From Chrysomallon squamiferum (taxonomy: Eukaryota; Animalia; Mollusca), in the NCBI GenBank assembly GCA_012295275.1, contig CM022670.1:35278001-35342000 (forward strand): a stretch of 64,000 nucleotides of DNA. Direction: 5' to 3'. Both the position numbers and the translations under genes were made by a program. The stretch's first letter is position 1; the number at the start of each line of letters is the position of its first letter. The notes below the pieces were generated by a model. That model was not told the origin of the DNA. It was given only the letters and a program-made list of their open reading frames with translations, and ran no database searches. Shown piece by piece: positions 31,389 through 47,625 of the stretch.

Positions 31389-33747
31389 CAGTCATGGTCG
31401 TTACTACTAGGTAACCGCTGGAAACAACTCTGTATCATCAGCAGCGGTATAACGTAACATTCATACAGTTTCATTCATCACAACTGCAAGTCCCATTAAC
31501 ACGATTTGTAGAAGACATTCACTGTTAATATAACATGTCTTAATAACGACCATCTGTTAACGTCTACTAACACTTCATAACTTTTACCTATCACTCCTAC
31601 CTTACTTCAGACACTACAGAAATGTACGGCCATAATGACTAAAACATATTCTTTATCACTGAAACACCTCCCGTTAATACGACTTGTAGAAGACATTCAC
31701 TGTTAATACTTTATTTGTGTATAGTATGTATGTATGTATATGTATGTATGTATGTCTGTATTTGTATGTATGTATGTATGTCTGTATGTCTATATATATA
31801 TTTGTATATATGTGTCCATGTATGCATATATATGTCTGTGACAATTTACATATGTATGTATGTGTGTGTATGAATGTATCTGTGTTTGTAGGTATGTATG
31901 TCTGTGTATGTATGTATCACTAGTATGTAATATTTCATATTTACATTTGAAATCTAAATTATAAGTTATACAAATGTAACAGTTATAACAATGTGCCATA
32001 TGACAGTTTCTACGTAACCACTGCGATACTTTCTAATATCACTACTAGTAACTTTTAATTTTATCACTAGAACTATAGAATCATTTCAGACATTATATAC
32101 GTATCGCCCAGTCACTAAAACGTAACCATTATTAAAACATTTTATATATCATCACTAACAAACGTAACCGCTGCACTATTTCGCATTCATCATGACCGCC
32201 TCTGTAAAGTCAGTACAATCACACATTCATCACGCTGCACAGTGTAGCCATCGCAACCATCACTTAATCATCACAGTCATTGTCGATGACGTCGTTGAGA
32301 AATGCAACAGTACTTTCTAATTAAAAGTAAGAACCAAGATCTCACTTCGTCGCGTTTTGGAGTAGAGAAGTGGTCATTTGAAAAGTGGAGGAATACACCA
32401 AAGTACTCGACTCCGGTCGCTAAGCAAATCTTGTCTCCCGACACAGAAGATTTACTTCCTGTAACATTTCTCGTTAACAGGTGAGTCCGCATGTGGTTCA
32501 GCTTAGCTTGGTTTTCATTTCCCCGGAGAACAGCAGCAGACAATCCCCGCCTGTCTAACGATTTGGAAAGAGAAACAAATCAGCAAGGGGAACGATCGAT
32601 TGGTTTATATTGGATTAATTCCCGATCTGGCCAGTGCTCAGAGATTAACTTCTCTGTGGCCTTTCTGTGAAGAAAATCCATTGCATATTAAATGACTGAT
32701 TACCATACACGGAACACAGAGAGCCCAGATTCATACTGTTTGACGAAATTGTTATTAAGTACAGAATATGCCAGGATGCTGCAGAGCAAAACCATTTGAG
32801 TAATATTTTTCGATTAGTTCAATTTAATACAGTTCTGCCTCTTTAACAAAATGTTAAGAATAATGAATTCACTACTTATCTATATCTACCCCTCCTCGCC
32901 TTTTGGGGGGTTATTTCTGAATCAAAATTGTTATTGACACTTTGATTTGAGGTAAGTGTTTCACAATGCTTCTACAATATAAGTTCTGAAACCATGCAGT
33001 TGTAGTAAACATGTGATTATTCAGAACGATTGCATTTGTAAGAAAAACAAAAACAAGCCGGCAACTCGTGTGTTTTTACGACTATGTATGGTTTCATGCA
33101 CTGAACAGTGAGGTCAGCTTTACTAAACTGTGAAACGGTGTAACTGTTCTGCAATGCTAAACATGTTCAAAACAAGAAACAACAAATGTAAAGCTGCGTT
33201 TTCCCTTACCAACTTTGTGTATCAGCGACTGAAATTGGTCACATAACATACGCAATTTTTTAATCACGATTACTTTTATAAGAATTTTTTTTTTTTAATT
33301 TTTTTTTCTCTTTTTGTTTTTGTTTTCGCAACTCACGTTACATAGGATAGAGCTGTTCCTTTATTTTTTATTTCTATTTTTATTTTTTTGGGGGGGAATC
33401 AAACCTTTTTTTTTCTGTCAGAATATGCCAATTTTAAACGAATCTGCGAGATTAGAAATGAGTGGAAACATGCCTGTCATCACTCAGGAAGGTAATAACG
33501 TTTGAAAAACAACTGTTACTTTAGTATCTTATAACATTACCTCCTTGCTGAAGTCAAGTGCTGTAAACACAACACGACAAGAAAGAGCTGACAAAAAGCA
33601 AAAAAAAATGTTAACAAACACGGTGTTCTGTTCGGCTAAAACTGGAATTTTTCTAGCTTAAAACTTTTTTTTTTTCCATTTACTTTTGGTTTATTAGTTG
33701 TTTCAAGAGATTCGAAATCTTTACTGCAGTTATTTTAAATATACAAC

Positions 33748-33857
<110 letters not shown>

Positions 33858-34049
33858 TTGTTCTTGTGTCGCAACTTTTTAAAATATTATCATCTTTTTT
33901 TAATAAAAGCCCAAAATCTATGTATGAATTTCAACTAGCTCAAATATAAAAGGCACCGTAATTTTTGGTTTATAATACCCTATAGAATACAGTAAAATAT
34001 TTCTTTCACAATTAAATATTGGCGTCTAACAAAATATTAAAAAACAAAA

Positions 34050-34080
<31 letters not shown>

Positions 34081-34250
34081 CATTTAGTCACACAATTATT
34101 TTCAATGAGTCTTTCTTGGCGAAGGAATGAATGAAAATCGATAAAATGACAGAACAATTAATTTTTATGAATTTCTGGACATTCAAAACCGGATCCATGA
34201 ATTTAGAAAAGGCAGACAATATAACTGCGGTGTATGTAATTTACAAGACA

Positions 34251-34294
<44 letters not shown>

Positions 34295-34849
34295 GAATTA
34301 AAAAAAAAAAAATGAATAATGGCATTATTATTGTTGTTGTTATTGTAGTAGTATTTGTTGTTATTACTTCTTTCTAATTATACACAAACATGTCATGTAG
34401 ATTTACCATTTCTCCGAATTACACAATAAGACTCGTTCAGTTAATTGTTTATCTTGGAAATCAACGACTTTGGTAGAAACCCATGTCTTTGTAACAATTG
34501 ATCAGCTACACAAACATGTCATGACTGCAGTAGTTATGTATTTTTCTATTTTAAGTTCTCTAATTAACAGACCTTTTTTTTTTATTTTTCTTCTTCTTCT
34601 TCTTTTCCTTTCAAGTGCTGTATTGTTTGTAGCCTTTTATTTCGCTAAGCAATTCATCGCTTTCACTTGTTTTGTAAACATGTAACCAGAAAAACACGCA
34701 CTGAGTAATGTTCTACTTATTTGTTTTTCTGTTCGGGTTTGTAAATTTGACGAAAACGAAGATAAATAAAAAAAAAAAAAAATAAGAAGGTGAAGAATTA
34801 TACAATAGTTTAAAAAAAAAAAAATACTTATCTATTTCCGTAGGCGTTA

Positions 34850-35075
34850 ATGTATGTATGTACGTGTGTGTATGGGTATGTGTCTGTGTGTGTATGTATG
34901 TATGTTTGTTTGTATGTGTGTGTGTATGTATGTATGTATGAATGTGTGTGTGTGTTGGTGTGTTGGTGTATATGTAGTATGGGGTGTATGGGTGTGTGGG
35001 TGTTATGTAATATGTATGTAAGTATATATATATGTGTATTTGTATGTATGTATATATGTGTATGTAATGTATGTA

Positions 35076-35112
<37 letters not shown>

Positions 35113-36144
35113 ATATATGTATGCATGTATGTATGTATATATATGTATGTATGTATGTATGTGTACGTGTGTGTGTGTTGTGTGTGGGTGTTATGTAATA
35201 TGTATGTATATATATATATATATGTGTATTTGTATGTATGTATATATGTATGTATGTACATATGTGTATTTGTATGCATGTGTGTATATTATTCATTATG
35301 CTATAAGGTTAATGGATCTTATCACGGTTTAAAGTTTAAATGACAATCATTTGATATGTCTGAAGTGATTTTAGTCTTTTAACTTGATGATTAACATTTG
35401 AACCTTTTTTATGTTTTTGTTTTTTTGTTACAGATTATTCGGTAATATTTATCCCCTGGCTACAAAACTTTGACTTTTAGAAATATACGAAACCAAATAT
35501 GATGGATGTTTTTCATGAATCATTTCTGAAAGGTGAAAATCGATTTCTTGTTTCCTTTTCTCGGTACAATCTGAATTTAACAGATAAGTGACAGCTCTGT
35601 CGATCAGGTCTGTCAAACACAAAGCGCTCCACGTTTCATTAAATAGTCTGTGTGTATGTATGTATGTATGTATGTATGTGTGTATGTATGTATGTATGTA
35701 TGTATGTATGTATGTGTGTGTATGTATGTATGTGTGTATGTATGTGTGTGTGTATGTGTGTATGTGTGTGTATGTATGTGTGTGTGTATGTATGTATGTA
35801 TGTATGTATGTATGTATGTGTATGTATGTATGTATGTGTGTGTATGTATGTGTGTATGTGTGTGTATGTATGTATGTGTGTGTGTATGTGTGTATATATG
35901 TATGTATGTATGTATGTGTGTGTGTGTATGTTTGTATATGTATGTATGCATGTGTGTGTATGTATGTATGTGTGTTGTATGTATGTGTCTATGTCTCTGT
36001 ATCTGTCTGTCTGTCTGTCTGTCTGATTTCGAGGCAATAAATACACTGTTAAATTTATATTCCTAGATATATATATATATATATATATATGCATAAGTAT
36101 GTTGATCTCTCCCCTCTCTCTCTCAGAGGCAATAAATACAAAAT

Positions 36145-36226
<82 letters not shown>

Positions 36227-36240
36227 GAGAGAAATCAAGC
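34850..36240. repeat. Long compound (TG/TATG)n low-complexity blocks (34850-35290, 35650-36025) and (GA)n
   Basis: Directly visible; source of the MYVC and HTYI ORFs. Confidence 0.9.
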
Positions 36241-37062
36241 ATGCAAACATACATATATAATATAAATACACACACACATATATATATATAGTAATTATGC
36301 TGCTGTATGGCTATATGTCAGTGATCTTTTAATAGCTAATTTTTATTTTATTTTTTTATGTTTTACCTTTTGTCATTAGATCTATCTTTGTCTGTTTGTC
36401 TTTCTGCCTGTCTGTCTCACTCTAAATCGTTTCGTAGACGTCAGTGCATTTGTATGTATTTCTATCTGTCCGCCTAACTGTATATCAATACTTCTTTCTA
36501 ATTTGTATCCAGACAGAAGGAACATAACAAACACAACCATTATTAAGCTCTGTTTAAAACTGCCTTATTGAGCTAGCAGTATAAACTTAAATAATTAACT
36601 AAATTAGACGTTATTTTCCTGGTTTCTTTTTTTTTCATTAAATCTGCCACAGCTGCATTTAGAAAGTTGATCGCCCGACACATAAACTGTCAGAAACAAA
36701 GGATCTCTTACTACAGAACATTACCAGACAGCTTCAGACCTGAGTTGCTTTTCCAAAAGCTTTTTTTCAGGTCTTGTTTATATTCTCATGGAAGCGAATA
36801 GAGAGAGAGAAAGACAAATTTTAATGAAAGAAAAAACAAAAAAAATGTTCATCATGCTTCGTTAAGCAAAGCACTTTAGATCGTTCTGAATGTTGTTTCA
36901 ACTGATTCATCAACAGTATACGGAAGCGCCGTGCCAAATTGCCGTCCATTATTTCACAACTTGTTTTACACAGTTTAATACCAGCTTATTGAAGTCGGCA
37001 TGAACAATTGCTTTATTTTGTTGTAGATTAACAAAAAAAATAAATAGGGGTTTCTGCTGAAC

Positions 37063-37180
<118 letters not shown>

Positions 37181-37679
37181 TAACAGAAGCTAACGCATCT
37201 TCTTTGAAAACAAGACAGAGATGTGTTTGTTAGTTTGTTGCCATTGGTTACTTGCACCTTTTGCGACACAGAAGGTGAAACACCGTAAAAGACGACGTGA
37301 ATGGAGATTAACCGTGTTATTAAACTTCTTCATCTTATTTTGTTTTCTATTAACAATAACACGCCAATCCCAGATACACTGTATAAACAATTCATATATA
37401 TATTGTTTTCATATTCATTTAAACAACAGGTAAAAAAAAAAAAAAAAAAAAAAAATCCATTTACCAGAGATAAATGATATGTTTTTCCGAACACACACGC
37501 ACGCCCACACAGATATATATATATATATATATATATATGTAATATATCTCTTAAACAAAGGTTAATGCATTTGTTAGAAAAACGTTTATTAAAGTTGTTG
37601 AATATATTCGTTATACTATTTTGTAAGATAAAATTTATTTCATTTGTTAGACAAAGTTTATTTATGTCATGGACAATTT

Positions 37680-37865
37680 TATTATATTTGTTATACAAGT
37701 TTATTATGCCAGTTATGCAAACTTGTTGTATTTGTTATACAAGTTTATTATGCAAGTTATGCAAACTTATTGTATTTGTTATACTAATTTATCATATTTG
37801 TTATGCAGTTTTATTATATGAGTTATACAAATTTATTGTATTTGTTATACGAAGTTTATTATATT
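37680..37865. repeat. Degenerate short-period tandem repeat
   Basis: Recurring tatttgttatacaagtttattatgc and agttatgcaaactt units. Confidence 0.7.
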
Positions 37866-38422
37866 GGTTTAAGAAAATCATTTCTAGCAGCGCTGTTTTT
37901 AATCCTGTGATTTTTCAACACGCTGTCATTTATCTTTTCCAGTGAATCACCAAGGAAAAATCATAGAAGATGCACTAACATTAATAAACAACATATATAT
38001 TCAGCTGGAACAGAAATTCATAGCATTTTTTTAAAAAAAAAAAAAAAAAAGTAAAGAAAAACAAAAAAAAAAAAAAGGAAAGAAAGAAATTTTGATTATT
38101 TTTTTACATATTATTTAGTTTAGTCATCCACGGAATATTATTTTGTTCACTTTTCGGAAAATGGATGTATGTCCTATATTTTAGTCACCTACAGAGAAAC
38201 GCTAAGAACGTTTTGTTCCAACCCAGTGATTATATCTGTCTCTGTTGTAGGTCTCGCTATTAATGTCTGTCTGTATATCTATCAAACTGTTTGTTTTTCA
38301 GTCTAACTTTGTCCTCTATTTGTCAGCGTGTTTCCATATCTTTCTGTCTATGCGTATGTTTGTATGTATGCGTCCGTACATATATATGGTTGTGTGTGTG
38401 TGTGTGTGTGTTTATATATATA

Positions 38423-38459
<37 letters not shown>

Positions 38460-38486
38460 TATATATGTACATGTATGTGTAGGTAT

Positions 38487-38527
<41 letters not shown>

Positions 38528-39222
38528 CTATATGAGATTATGTATGTATCTATGTGTATACGTACGAATGTTTGTGTGTATGTGTGTGTGTGTGTGTATG
38601 TATGTATATATAAACGCATGCCTGTAAGTGTGTATATTATATGTATGTATATTTGTTTATCATTCCGTATAAAATAATAAGACTAATACAAAATATGTGT
38701 GATTTAAATACGAACACCTAGACACGTACTGACGACGCACGTGGCCTGTATTTATTAAATACCTCGCTAATTCGAAACGACGCGCTGTATCACCCCGCCT
38801 TACTTAATAACAGTTCTTTTACCATCACAACTAACTGTACAGCAGCACTGATCTGCATTTAACAGGCGTCACGAAACAGTTTTGAATAACGTCTGCTGAA
38901 GTCGGAGTTTGATGATTAGCGTTATTAACGTTTTGATGCATCTTTTTTCGTTTTCATGACGGAAAGCGGTATTTAATCAGTCGAAAGCTTTCTGCATCTT
39001 TTAAAAATGAAGATTTATTATCAGTCTGTTTGCGAGTAGAGTTATCCTTGTCCGTGACACGAGATATTCTTGTTATAACAAGTTATAGCATAATGCGAGT
39101 GTTGTGAAGAATCTGACAGCCATACTTTTGTAATCTTTTATATCTCGTGTGTTCTGTTTTCGTTGCGAAATTGTTAACGTTCTGCAAGTTTATTATTTAT
39201 TTATTTATTTATTTATTATTTA

Positions 39223-39253
<31 letters not shown>

Positions 39254-40288
39254 GTAGTAGTAGTAGTAGTAGTAGTAAGTAGTAGTATTTATTATTACTT
39301 TTTATTATTTGTTTATTTATTCATATATTCATTTATTCATTTGTTCATGTCTTCCTTTATTTATTTATTTATTCATTTCTTCAGTTCTTTATTTAGTTAT
39401 TCATTTATTCATTTATTTATGTATTCTTACACTTATAACTGGGTTAATTCCTTTCATTCTTTTGATGGCCTACATTGTAAAAATCAAACTAAACTGATCT
39501 TTTTTATTTGACCAGGAGGAGAGATAAAAGGTTAATTAAAACGATTTGCGAGCGACATTATGTCAGAAAAAAACGACAAAACCGGAACCACGTTGTTCCT
39601 TTTAGAGGAAATTTATACGAACAGATGTATACGAAAATAAGTAAACAGACGAAACTAGGTGAAAGCGAAGGATTCAGGGAAAACCAGGCGTGTCATTATT
39701 GTTTCCTTTTTCACGAGATTGCAATTATCTTCGAATTTTTGCCTATCTCAAGTGTTTTTCTGTCTGGGAGAGAGATTCAGAATTTCAGTCAACACGGCTG
39801 CTGTGCTATATACATCTTTGATTAGTTGGTCAAAAAACAAAACAAAACAAAATTAGATAATATTTTTCAATCAAAATTACAACAACAATAATAATAATGA
39901 TGCTGATGTTGATGATGATGATGATGATGGTGATGATAATAATAATAAGAGTAATACTGATGATGATGATTCCGAAATACACTCAACTAATCAAAAGGAT
40001 ATGTCTACCGTCTTCTTACATGCACATACACATATATACTAACGTATTTACCTACGGACACACATATGCATACATAGACATAGATACATACACACACATA
40101 GATAAATACATACATACATATACATATACATACATACATACATACATACATACATACATACATACATACCATCAAATTAATTTTAATATCAGACAAAATG
40201 CTATCATTAAAAAACCACTGATATTACTGGAAGCTGTTCACACTAAAAAAAACTTTCAGTAAAGAATGAAAAGAAAAAAACTAATCGA

Positions 40289-40627
40289 TCACTTTCACCA
40301 AGGAAAAAAAGATTTGTAGTTAAATATTCATAAATTTTCTTTGTAAAACGATTTTCTCATAAACAGATTCTATATAGTTACTCTACAAACACTTTCACCA
40401 AGAATATATATATATTTTTTTCTCATTTTTGGTAACATAATCACAATTACTCTTTGTAAAACGATTTTCTGTGAAATACATTATAAATAGTTTCTCAACA
40501 AACACTTTCATTCAATAAGACAAAAAAAAAAAAAAAAAAAAATGGCATAATTCATAAATATTCACTGCAAAACAGTTTTCTGTAAAAATAGATTCTAAAC
40601 AGTTTGTCCACAAAAACAACATTCTCC

Positions 40628-40658
<31 letters not shown>

Positions 40659-40712
40659 TTACATATTCATAAATATTCTTTGTGTCAAACGGGTTCTAAA
40701 TAGTTTCTGTAC
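40289..40712. repeat. Degenerate 100-115 bp tandem unit x4
   Basis: cactttcaccaag..cata.ttcataaat..tctttgtaaaacgattttct..tagtt..acaaa recurs at about 40289, 40390, 40503 and 40620. Confidence 0.7.
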
Positions 40713-41320
40713 AAGATAGGCCATACATCATTTAATCTGCCTTTCACACTTCGGCTCAGACACTGAAGGATTCTTCGCTAATACTGCCACAGACAATGAG
40801 GTGATAACAGGACAGAGGAATGCTGCAGTTAACTGTATTGAGATGTCTTGAGTTGTGTTCTTCTTCTCGTGTTGGCGAGGTTATCAATCACGACTTGCAG
40901 AGTTATCACCACATTCAGTTCTGTTTTCAAAGTCATGATGTTTCTAAAGGATTTTCTAATTGTTTTTTGTTTTTATTTTTATTTATTTTTCTATATAGAC
41001 CGTGATCTGAATATACGATGCTTTTTTTAAGGAAATCTTACATGCATGATGTGATATAAAGAACCTTTATATTATTTTCATTTGATATCTGTCTATCTTT
41101 CTGTCTGTCTGTCTCTTTGTTTGTCTATCTACCTGTCTATCTGTGTATTTATCTATCTATCTACCTGTCTATCTGTCTATTTATGTATTTATCTATCTAT
41201 CTATATATATATCTATGTATCTATCTAGCTATCTATTTGTCCGGATGTCTGTCTGTCTGTCTGTCTATGTACCTATCTATCTACCTTCCTACTTACCTAC
41301 TACCAGCCTGCCTCTCCGCC

Positions 41321-41412
<92 letters not shown>

Positions 41413-41964
41413 CTCGCACGCACACACACGTATACTGTGATGTTCAAGTACCACGTATTTAGGATGAAAAAAACCCCAACAACATGAAAGTTGTGTTAAG
41501 ATACTTAACCTTAGTGTTTCATATTTTGAAAACAACACACCGTCCTATATTTATACAACACTCGTTTTGTGTTGATACGTCTAAGCGACTGCATTGAAAA
41601 AGAAATATATAAGAAAAAAGACGTCTGTAATCAGGAATATGTTTGTTTTGGAAAGGCGTGTGCAGCTTCAAAACAAAATGTAAAAGAAGAGAAAGAAAAA
41701 AAGAAAAGAAAAAAAAAAGAAGAAGAAAGAATCTTTTTTCCAACCATGTTGCGTTTAACCAAAATAATAAAATAAAACTACAAGAATTACTCACTTATTG
41801 AAAATTCCCCAAAAATGTTTTTTTCCAGCTTATAATTAATACTGTAGTTTAAGGATTGGCTATAATTGTTTGTAATTCATTATTAATTACATTTTTCATT
41901 ACTTACTTTATTTTACATGCTTTTATATTGACACTTCAGTTACAGTACAAATTTATATTAATAG

Positions 41965-42495
41965 AACTACTACTACTACTATTACTACTATTATTACTAC
42001 TACTACTACTACTACTACTACCACTGTTACTGCTATCATTGTCAATAGTTTTACTACTGTTACTACTATTATTGCAACTATTACTACCATTATTACTACT
42101 GTTACTACTGCTGTTACTACTATTACTGCTAATACTGTCACTACTGGTACTACTACCATTACTACTACTACTACTACTACTGTTACTACTATTACTGCTA
42201 ATACTATCACTATTGGTACTACTATTACTACTGTTACTACTTCTGCTATTGTCAATACTGTTACTATTATTACTACTGTTACTACTTCTGCTATTGTCAA
42301 TACTGTTACTACTAGTACTATTACTACTGCTGCTAGTACTAATATTATTCTACAGTTAGTATTACTACTACTACTATTACTACTACTTCTAGCATTAGTG
42401 CCAAACGTACCACCGTTACTACAACTACTAGTATCACTGCTAGTGTTCTACTAGTAGAATACATTACTACTTCCTCTACTACTACTACAATTACA
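41965..42495. repeat. Compound (CTA/TTA/CTG)n trinucleotide repeat
   Basis: Directly visible; gives the poly-Leu and poly-Val ORFs. Confidence 0.9.
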
Positions 42496-43323
42496 ATTAA
42501 TTTATTTATTTACTTTGATCTTTTCTATTAATTTTTTGGCTAACGCTTCCACGGGAAAACTTCTACTAATTAACTATAGCAACAACCACTCAACTAGTTA
42601 CCTTTCTATAATCGTGGTGCCAGACCTCACCTGTAAACAGTTTCTTATTTTTCAATCTTATTATTATCAAAAATATTATATATATATATATATATATACG
42701 TATGTTCATATTTTTAACTATAACACACTCCAGATGATGACGACTTGTTTTACTAGAATTATTTGTTAACCAAAACCGGTCTTTCTATTTTCATAAACAT
42801 CCACGTTAGACAACTCTTAGTATTTTTCCCCCTTACTACTTCATTAAATGTTATCTCCCTTGACACGTTTGCAAAAACGTTTTAATTTGTTAAAATTCAT
42901 TCGCCAGACCGCGTTTCGTTCTGTTGTAAAAGGTGTCTGTATTTAAATGAATGTCGTAGACGTTTGTTTCTCATGGGGAAAACGTACGAGACTTATTTTT
43001 CTTCCCAATTTTTTTTTTTTTTTTTTTTTTTCATTTACATCGGCGCCATAAAATGAATGACTATAGTCGACGTTTCTGTTACAAACAACCCGTGAATGAT
43101 CTACTACCAGGACGTTTAACGACACCCTAGCCAACGTGAGGGAAACGAATTGCTTTGTCAAGATTAATGCGTAAAGCTTAAAGGTTTTTTCTCTCTCTCT
43201 CTTTCCTGTTCTTCTTTAATGATGTTGACATCCAGGATTAGATTCTTTGTTAACTATTAATTTTTTTGCAGTTGGTGTTTGTTTTGGTTTTTATTGTTAC
43301 TAATTAAAATATCATAAATAAAA

Positions 43324-43359
<36 letters not shown>

Positions 43360-44242
43360 GCAAGCAAACAAAGAAAGAAACAAAAAAACTACAAATCAAC
43401 CAAATTTATCTATGATGGTAAATATTAGATGCAAATATCACAATGAAATAAAATCTTGTCAGTCTAAATCTTCTTCTTCTTCTTCTTCTTCTATTCATCT
43501 GTTTAAAACATCACATGAAAAAAAAAAAAAAAAACACATTATTTACACAGCAGAGTTTAACTCTCAAATCGACAGTAAAACGTATTTGAATCCTTATCCA
43601 AATCAAAAAAACCCATACCATTATATTTTTAAAAATCGATTTCCCATCTTCGTTGACCCTCTGTTCCTACTTCGTTTTTCCATTGATTTACGTTTTTCTG
43701 AATGTTAATAGTAAAAGAAATAATTGCATAACATAAAAGAGAAACAACAGGAGAGTAAAAAGTAAAGAATAACTCTAGAGAAATACGTATTCAATTAAAT
43801 AAGACGAGCGTACTAGTGGAATCCATTTAAAATCTGTTTTGATAATGGCGAATTATGTTCGCCTGATCGATCTTCAGATAAGAATATTCGATGGTTTCCT
43901 GTTAAGATTTAACAAACGCAGGCATTAAATGACATGGGAGACGTGTTCAAAAACATGCTTCATTGGCAGGTTCTCTGGAGTTGGAAATCTGAACTTTTCA
44001 AACTCTTTTTACGTAGCTTGAAGTAAAAGACGTTTTAATTGTGTCAAGAAGAAAGAAAAAGAAAAAATGAGATTTGAAAATTGTGTTTTGTGTAAACTAT
44101 ATTTTGAACTGTTAAGATGATACTGAAATAATAAAAATAATAATAATACTAATAATGATAATAATAATAATAATAATGATGGTGATGATGATGATGATGT
44201 TGATAATAATAATAATAATAATAATGATGATGATGATGATGT

Positions 44243-44273
<31 letters not shown>

Positions 44274-45985
44274 AATAATAATAATAAAATAATATATTTA
44301 ACAAAGTTGTTAGCATACATGTATGTAATTGTGTTTTATGCAAACGTTTATAATTCTCAGCAATTAATTAATGTTAATTTCTACTATATTTAAAAAAATA
44401 TCTATTAAAATATGTTTTCGTTTTTCTTTTCTGAATATCACATATGATTATATAGTTTTGTAACTGCTGTGTTCAGTTTTATTTCAAATGTTCAGTTATT
44501 ATTTCATTATAATAACGATTACAGAAACTGTCTATGATTTTATCTGTAGCGACTGTGTTTTGGTTACGTCATGTGTTCTATCGTCTGTTAGGTTCTAGGA
44601 CTGATCCTTGGAACAGGCACTTAAGGGGAAACTAGAACTTTTATGAGAGTGTTAGACCCTCACATCTAACTAACCTCCTAACACACTAACACTATACTGA
44701 ACAGACATCTCTTTCTAACTATCCATAATAGGAATGATTAAACTTTCATTGGCTGAAAAGGTGGTTTCAAAATGACTGATTTACTGATTCGTAAAAACAT
44801 TATAATGCTCGGTTTGGTTTTAGTTAATAAATAAAATCATAAAAAGTGTGCTGTGAGAATAATTATATCTTTTTAAAACCAAAACTGCTGAAAAAACTGA
44901 GTGTTTTGTTGCGAATCAGTGGTAAAGATTGATTGAAATGAAAATATTTTGTAATAAATGTGAACCAATCACAGTTTTAATACTCTCTCATTTTGAGAAA
45001 TGTATTTCAAAGTGTCAGTTCTGGATATGAGTAATTATATTCATAGAGTGCAATATATAGGACCTAAGGAATAATAATAAACATACTCATCATTTCTTTT
45101 TAAATTCTTACTTTATCTTTGTCTGTCTGCCTGTGATTCTTTCTTTACTGTTTAAAACTCATTTATATTTAAATCACATCCATTCTATTCCGGAATTAAA
45201 TATTGTGTTTACATTTCACAACTTTTTCTAACTGCGATTTTTTTTTTCTTCACATCTGGAGAATTTGAAAAGTTTAAGAACAAGGGATGGAACTGTGCGT
45301 TGTGGTATGTGGCGTAGACGTACTCCTTTTGAAACATGTTCTGGGTTTAAAATATAAGCCAGTTGATTTGTATAGTATTTAAATTTCTTCTTTTCATCTG
45401 TAATTATGTCTCTGTTTGTTTTTCTGTCTTCTTCTTCTTCTTCTTTTCTTTAACGTTGTTAACATCCAGAATTAAATTCCATGTTCAAAATTCATCTTAT
45501 TGACGTGAATATAATTGTATGACTGTATTTATCTTCCCTACATATATTTGTACGAAATAATCTATATTTTAATAGATACATTTTTTTTTAGTTAATTCTT
45601 TCCTTCTTTAATTCGATCTGTCTGTCTTTGAGTTTTTCTTTCTCTTTAAAACGCGTCTTGCATGGACGTTCTGATTCTAAAGATGCTTTATACTTAGACA
45701 TATTTTAATCAGTAAATTTACTTGTTACATTTTGTTTTTCTTTCTGGGTCGTCATTTATGTTCGAAACTTATACGTATTCAGTTACTAGAGATGTTTTTG
45801 GCTAAACATACATGTTAATAAATATATTTATTATATATATTTACCTAGTAAAATAATCTTATAAATGTTTATTCTAATTATGCTTGGTTATATTATTATT
45901 TTCTCTTAATGTGTAACTTTCATGCAGCCTTTGCTTACGCTATTTTGATTTGGCTATGTAATTAACGTGTAAAAATACGACCTAC

Positions 45986-47625
45986 TTCATAAAATCTCTC
46001 AACATACATCACTGTGTCATACAACACTCATTAATTTACTTACGTTTTACTATGAATTCTTTACTATAACAAATTGTTAATGTACACCGATACATTACAT
46101 ACTTTGACCATGTTTTTATTTCCGTTTCAAAGACAAAACCAATCTCAACGATTTACATTGTCTTCGTTTTGATGTATTTCTTTTTCAGAACTTTTATATC
46201 CGTTTGTAATCAATCTGCGCTCTATTCTCCATCAGCAGATACTAAAACAAGATCTCTAGAACCTAACTTAATGGACATAGATAATTTTATTTTTATAATC
46301 TTGTTGTCATTATTATCTGTCATTCTTTCAGGAGAAAGAATCAAAATAAAACATACTCACATCCAAAAACAAACAATAAATAAAACAATACAAAAAAACA
46401 AAACAGCATGAAAAATTGAGACAATATTTATAGAAAAACAAAGTAAGTTTAGAAAGTAAATGGAGATTTATATAAAACCGTAAATTGGTTGACAGTGAAG
46501 ATGTAGAAAACTAAATGTATTCTGTTCTATATATGTAACATGAACTATGTGTGAACATTTGTCAAGTCTTTAATTTTTACTCAAAGTCTATTTCTTATTT
46601 ACAGACATTTTAAAACTTTCGCCGACATTTTTCTCATTACTTATATACACACACTAACACATGCTATTGTAGACAAATTAAAATATATTTATAGACATCA
46701 CAGCATTTTGGAGGATTTATGTTATTTGTTGTTGTTTTTTATTAAAAAAAAAATGTTAATCTGTTCCACGGATTTTCTCTTCACAAAAATTCAAATATAT
46801 TTCCATACATCATGTTATAATAAATACAAACTTGTTTATGGCTTTTAACATTCTTATAACTAAATTTTTAAAATTTATTAAGAAAATAATGGAAAATTAC
46901 TGTATTAGATGCGATTACATTAAGTTCATTTCTATAAATTAATTAATAATTCCAGAACTATCAAGAACTGCAGAAGAGTAAAAATACGACACGGAGAGTT
47001 TTAACGAAGTAAACTTTTCTTTACTTAGTTCATAAAATCTCTCTACATACATCACTGTCTCATACAACACTCATTAATTTACTAAAGTTTTACTATGAAT
47101 TCTTTGCTATAACAAATTGTTAATGTACACCGATACATTACATACTTTGACCATGTTTTTATTTCCGTTTCAAAGACAAAACCAATCTCAACGATTTACA
47201 TTGTCTTCGTTTTGATGTATTTCTTTTTCAGAACTTTTATATCCGTTTGTAATCAATCTGCGCTCTATTCTCCATCAGCAGATACTAAAACAAGATCTCT
47301 AGAACCTAACTTAATGGACATAGATAATTTTATTTTTATAATCTTGTTGTCATTATTATCTGTCATTCTTTCAGGAGAAAGAATCAAAATAAAACATACT
47401 CTCATCCAAAAACAAACAATAAAACAAAAAAAAAAAAACAAAACAAAACAGCATGAAAAAAAACAAAAACAAAACAAAACAGAAAAAATGAGACAATAAA
47501 CTAATTTGTTTGACAGTGAGGATGTAGAAAACTAAATGTATTGTTATTTCTGTTCTATATATGTAACATGAAGTATGTGTGAACATTTGTCAAGTCTTTA
47601 ATTTTCACTCAAAGTGTATTTTTAG
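45986..47625. repeat. Recent direct duplication of about 600 bp (45986-~46592 and 47029-~47625; offset 1043 bp)
   Basis: The sequences are near identical and give twin ORFs 46169 and 47212 with the same N-terminal translation. Confidence 0.95.

Noticed and set aside
41856-42359. 167-aa poly-Leu hydrophobic ORF and its antisense poly-Val ORF
   Set aside because: These are translations of a CTA/TTA trinucleotide repeat with a non-ATG start and no domain.
44585-44712. Possible second SINE-like fragment, plus other MITE-like ends near 17085-17177, 27150-27185 and 63160-63330
   Set aside because: The resemblance is short and degenerate, and matching TIR pairs or TSDs could not be defined by eye.
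46169-47499. Twin ORFs of 80 and 95 aa with a hydrophobic stretch
   Set aside because: The identity comes from the DNA duplication. The sequence is AT-rich, runs into A-rich low complexity and shows no coding bias or known motif.
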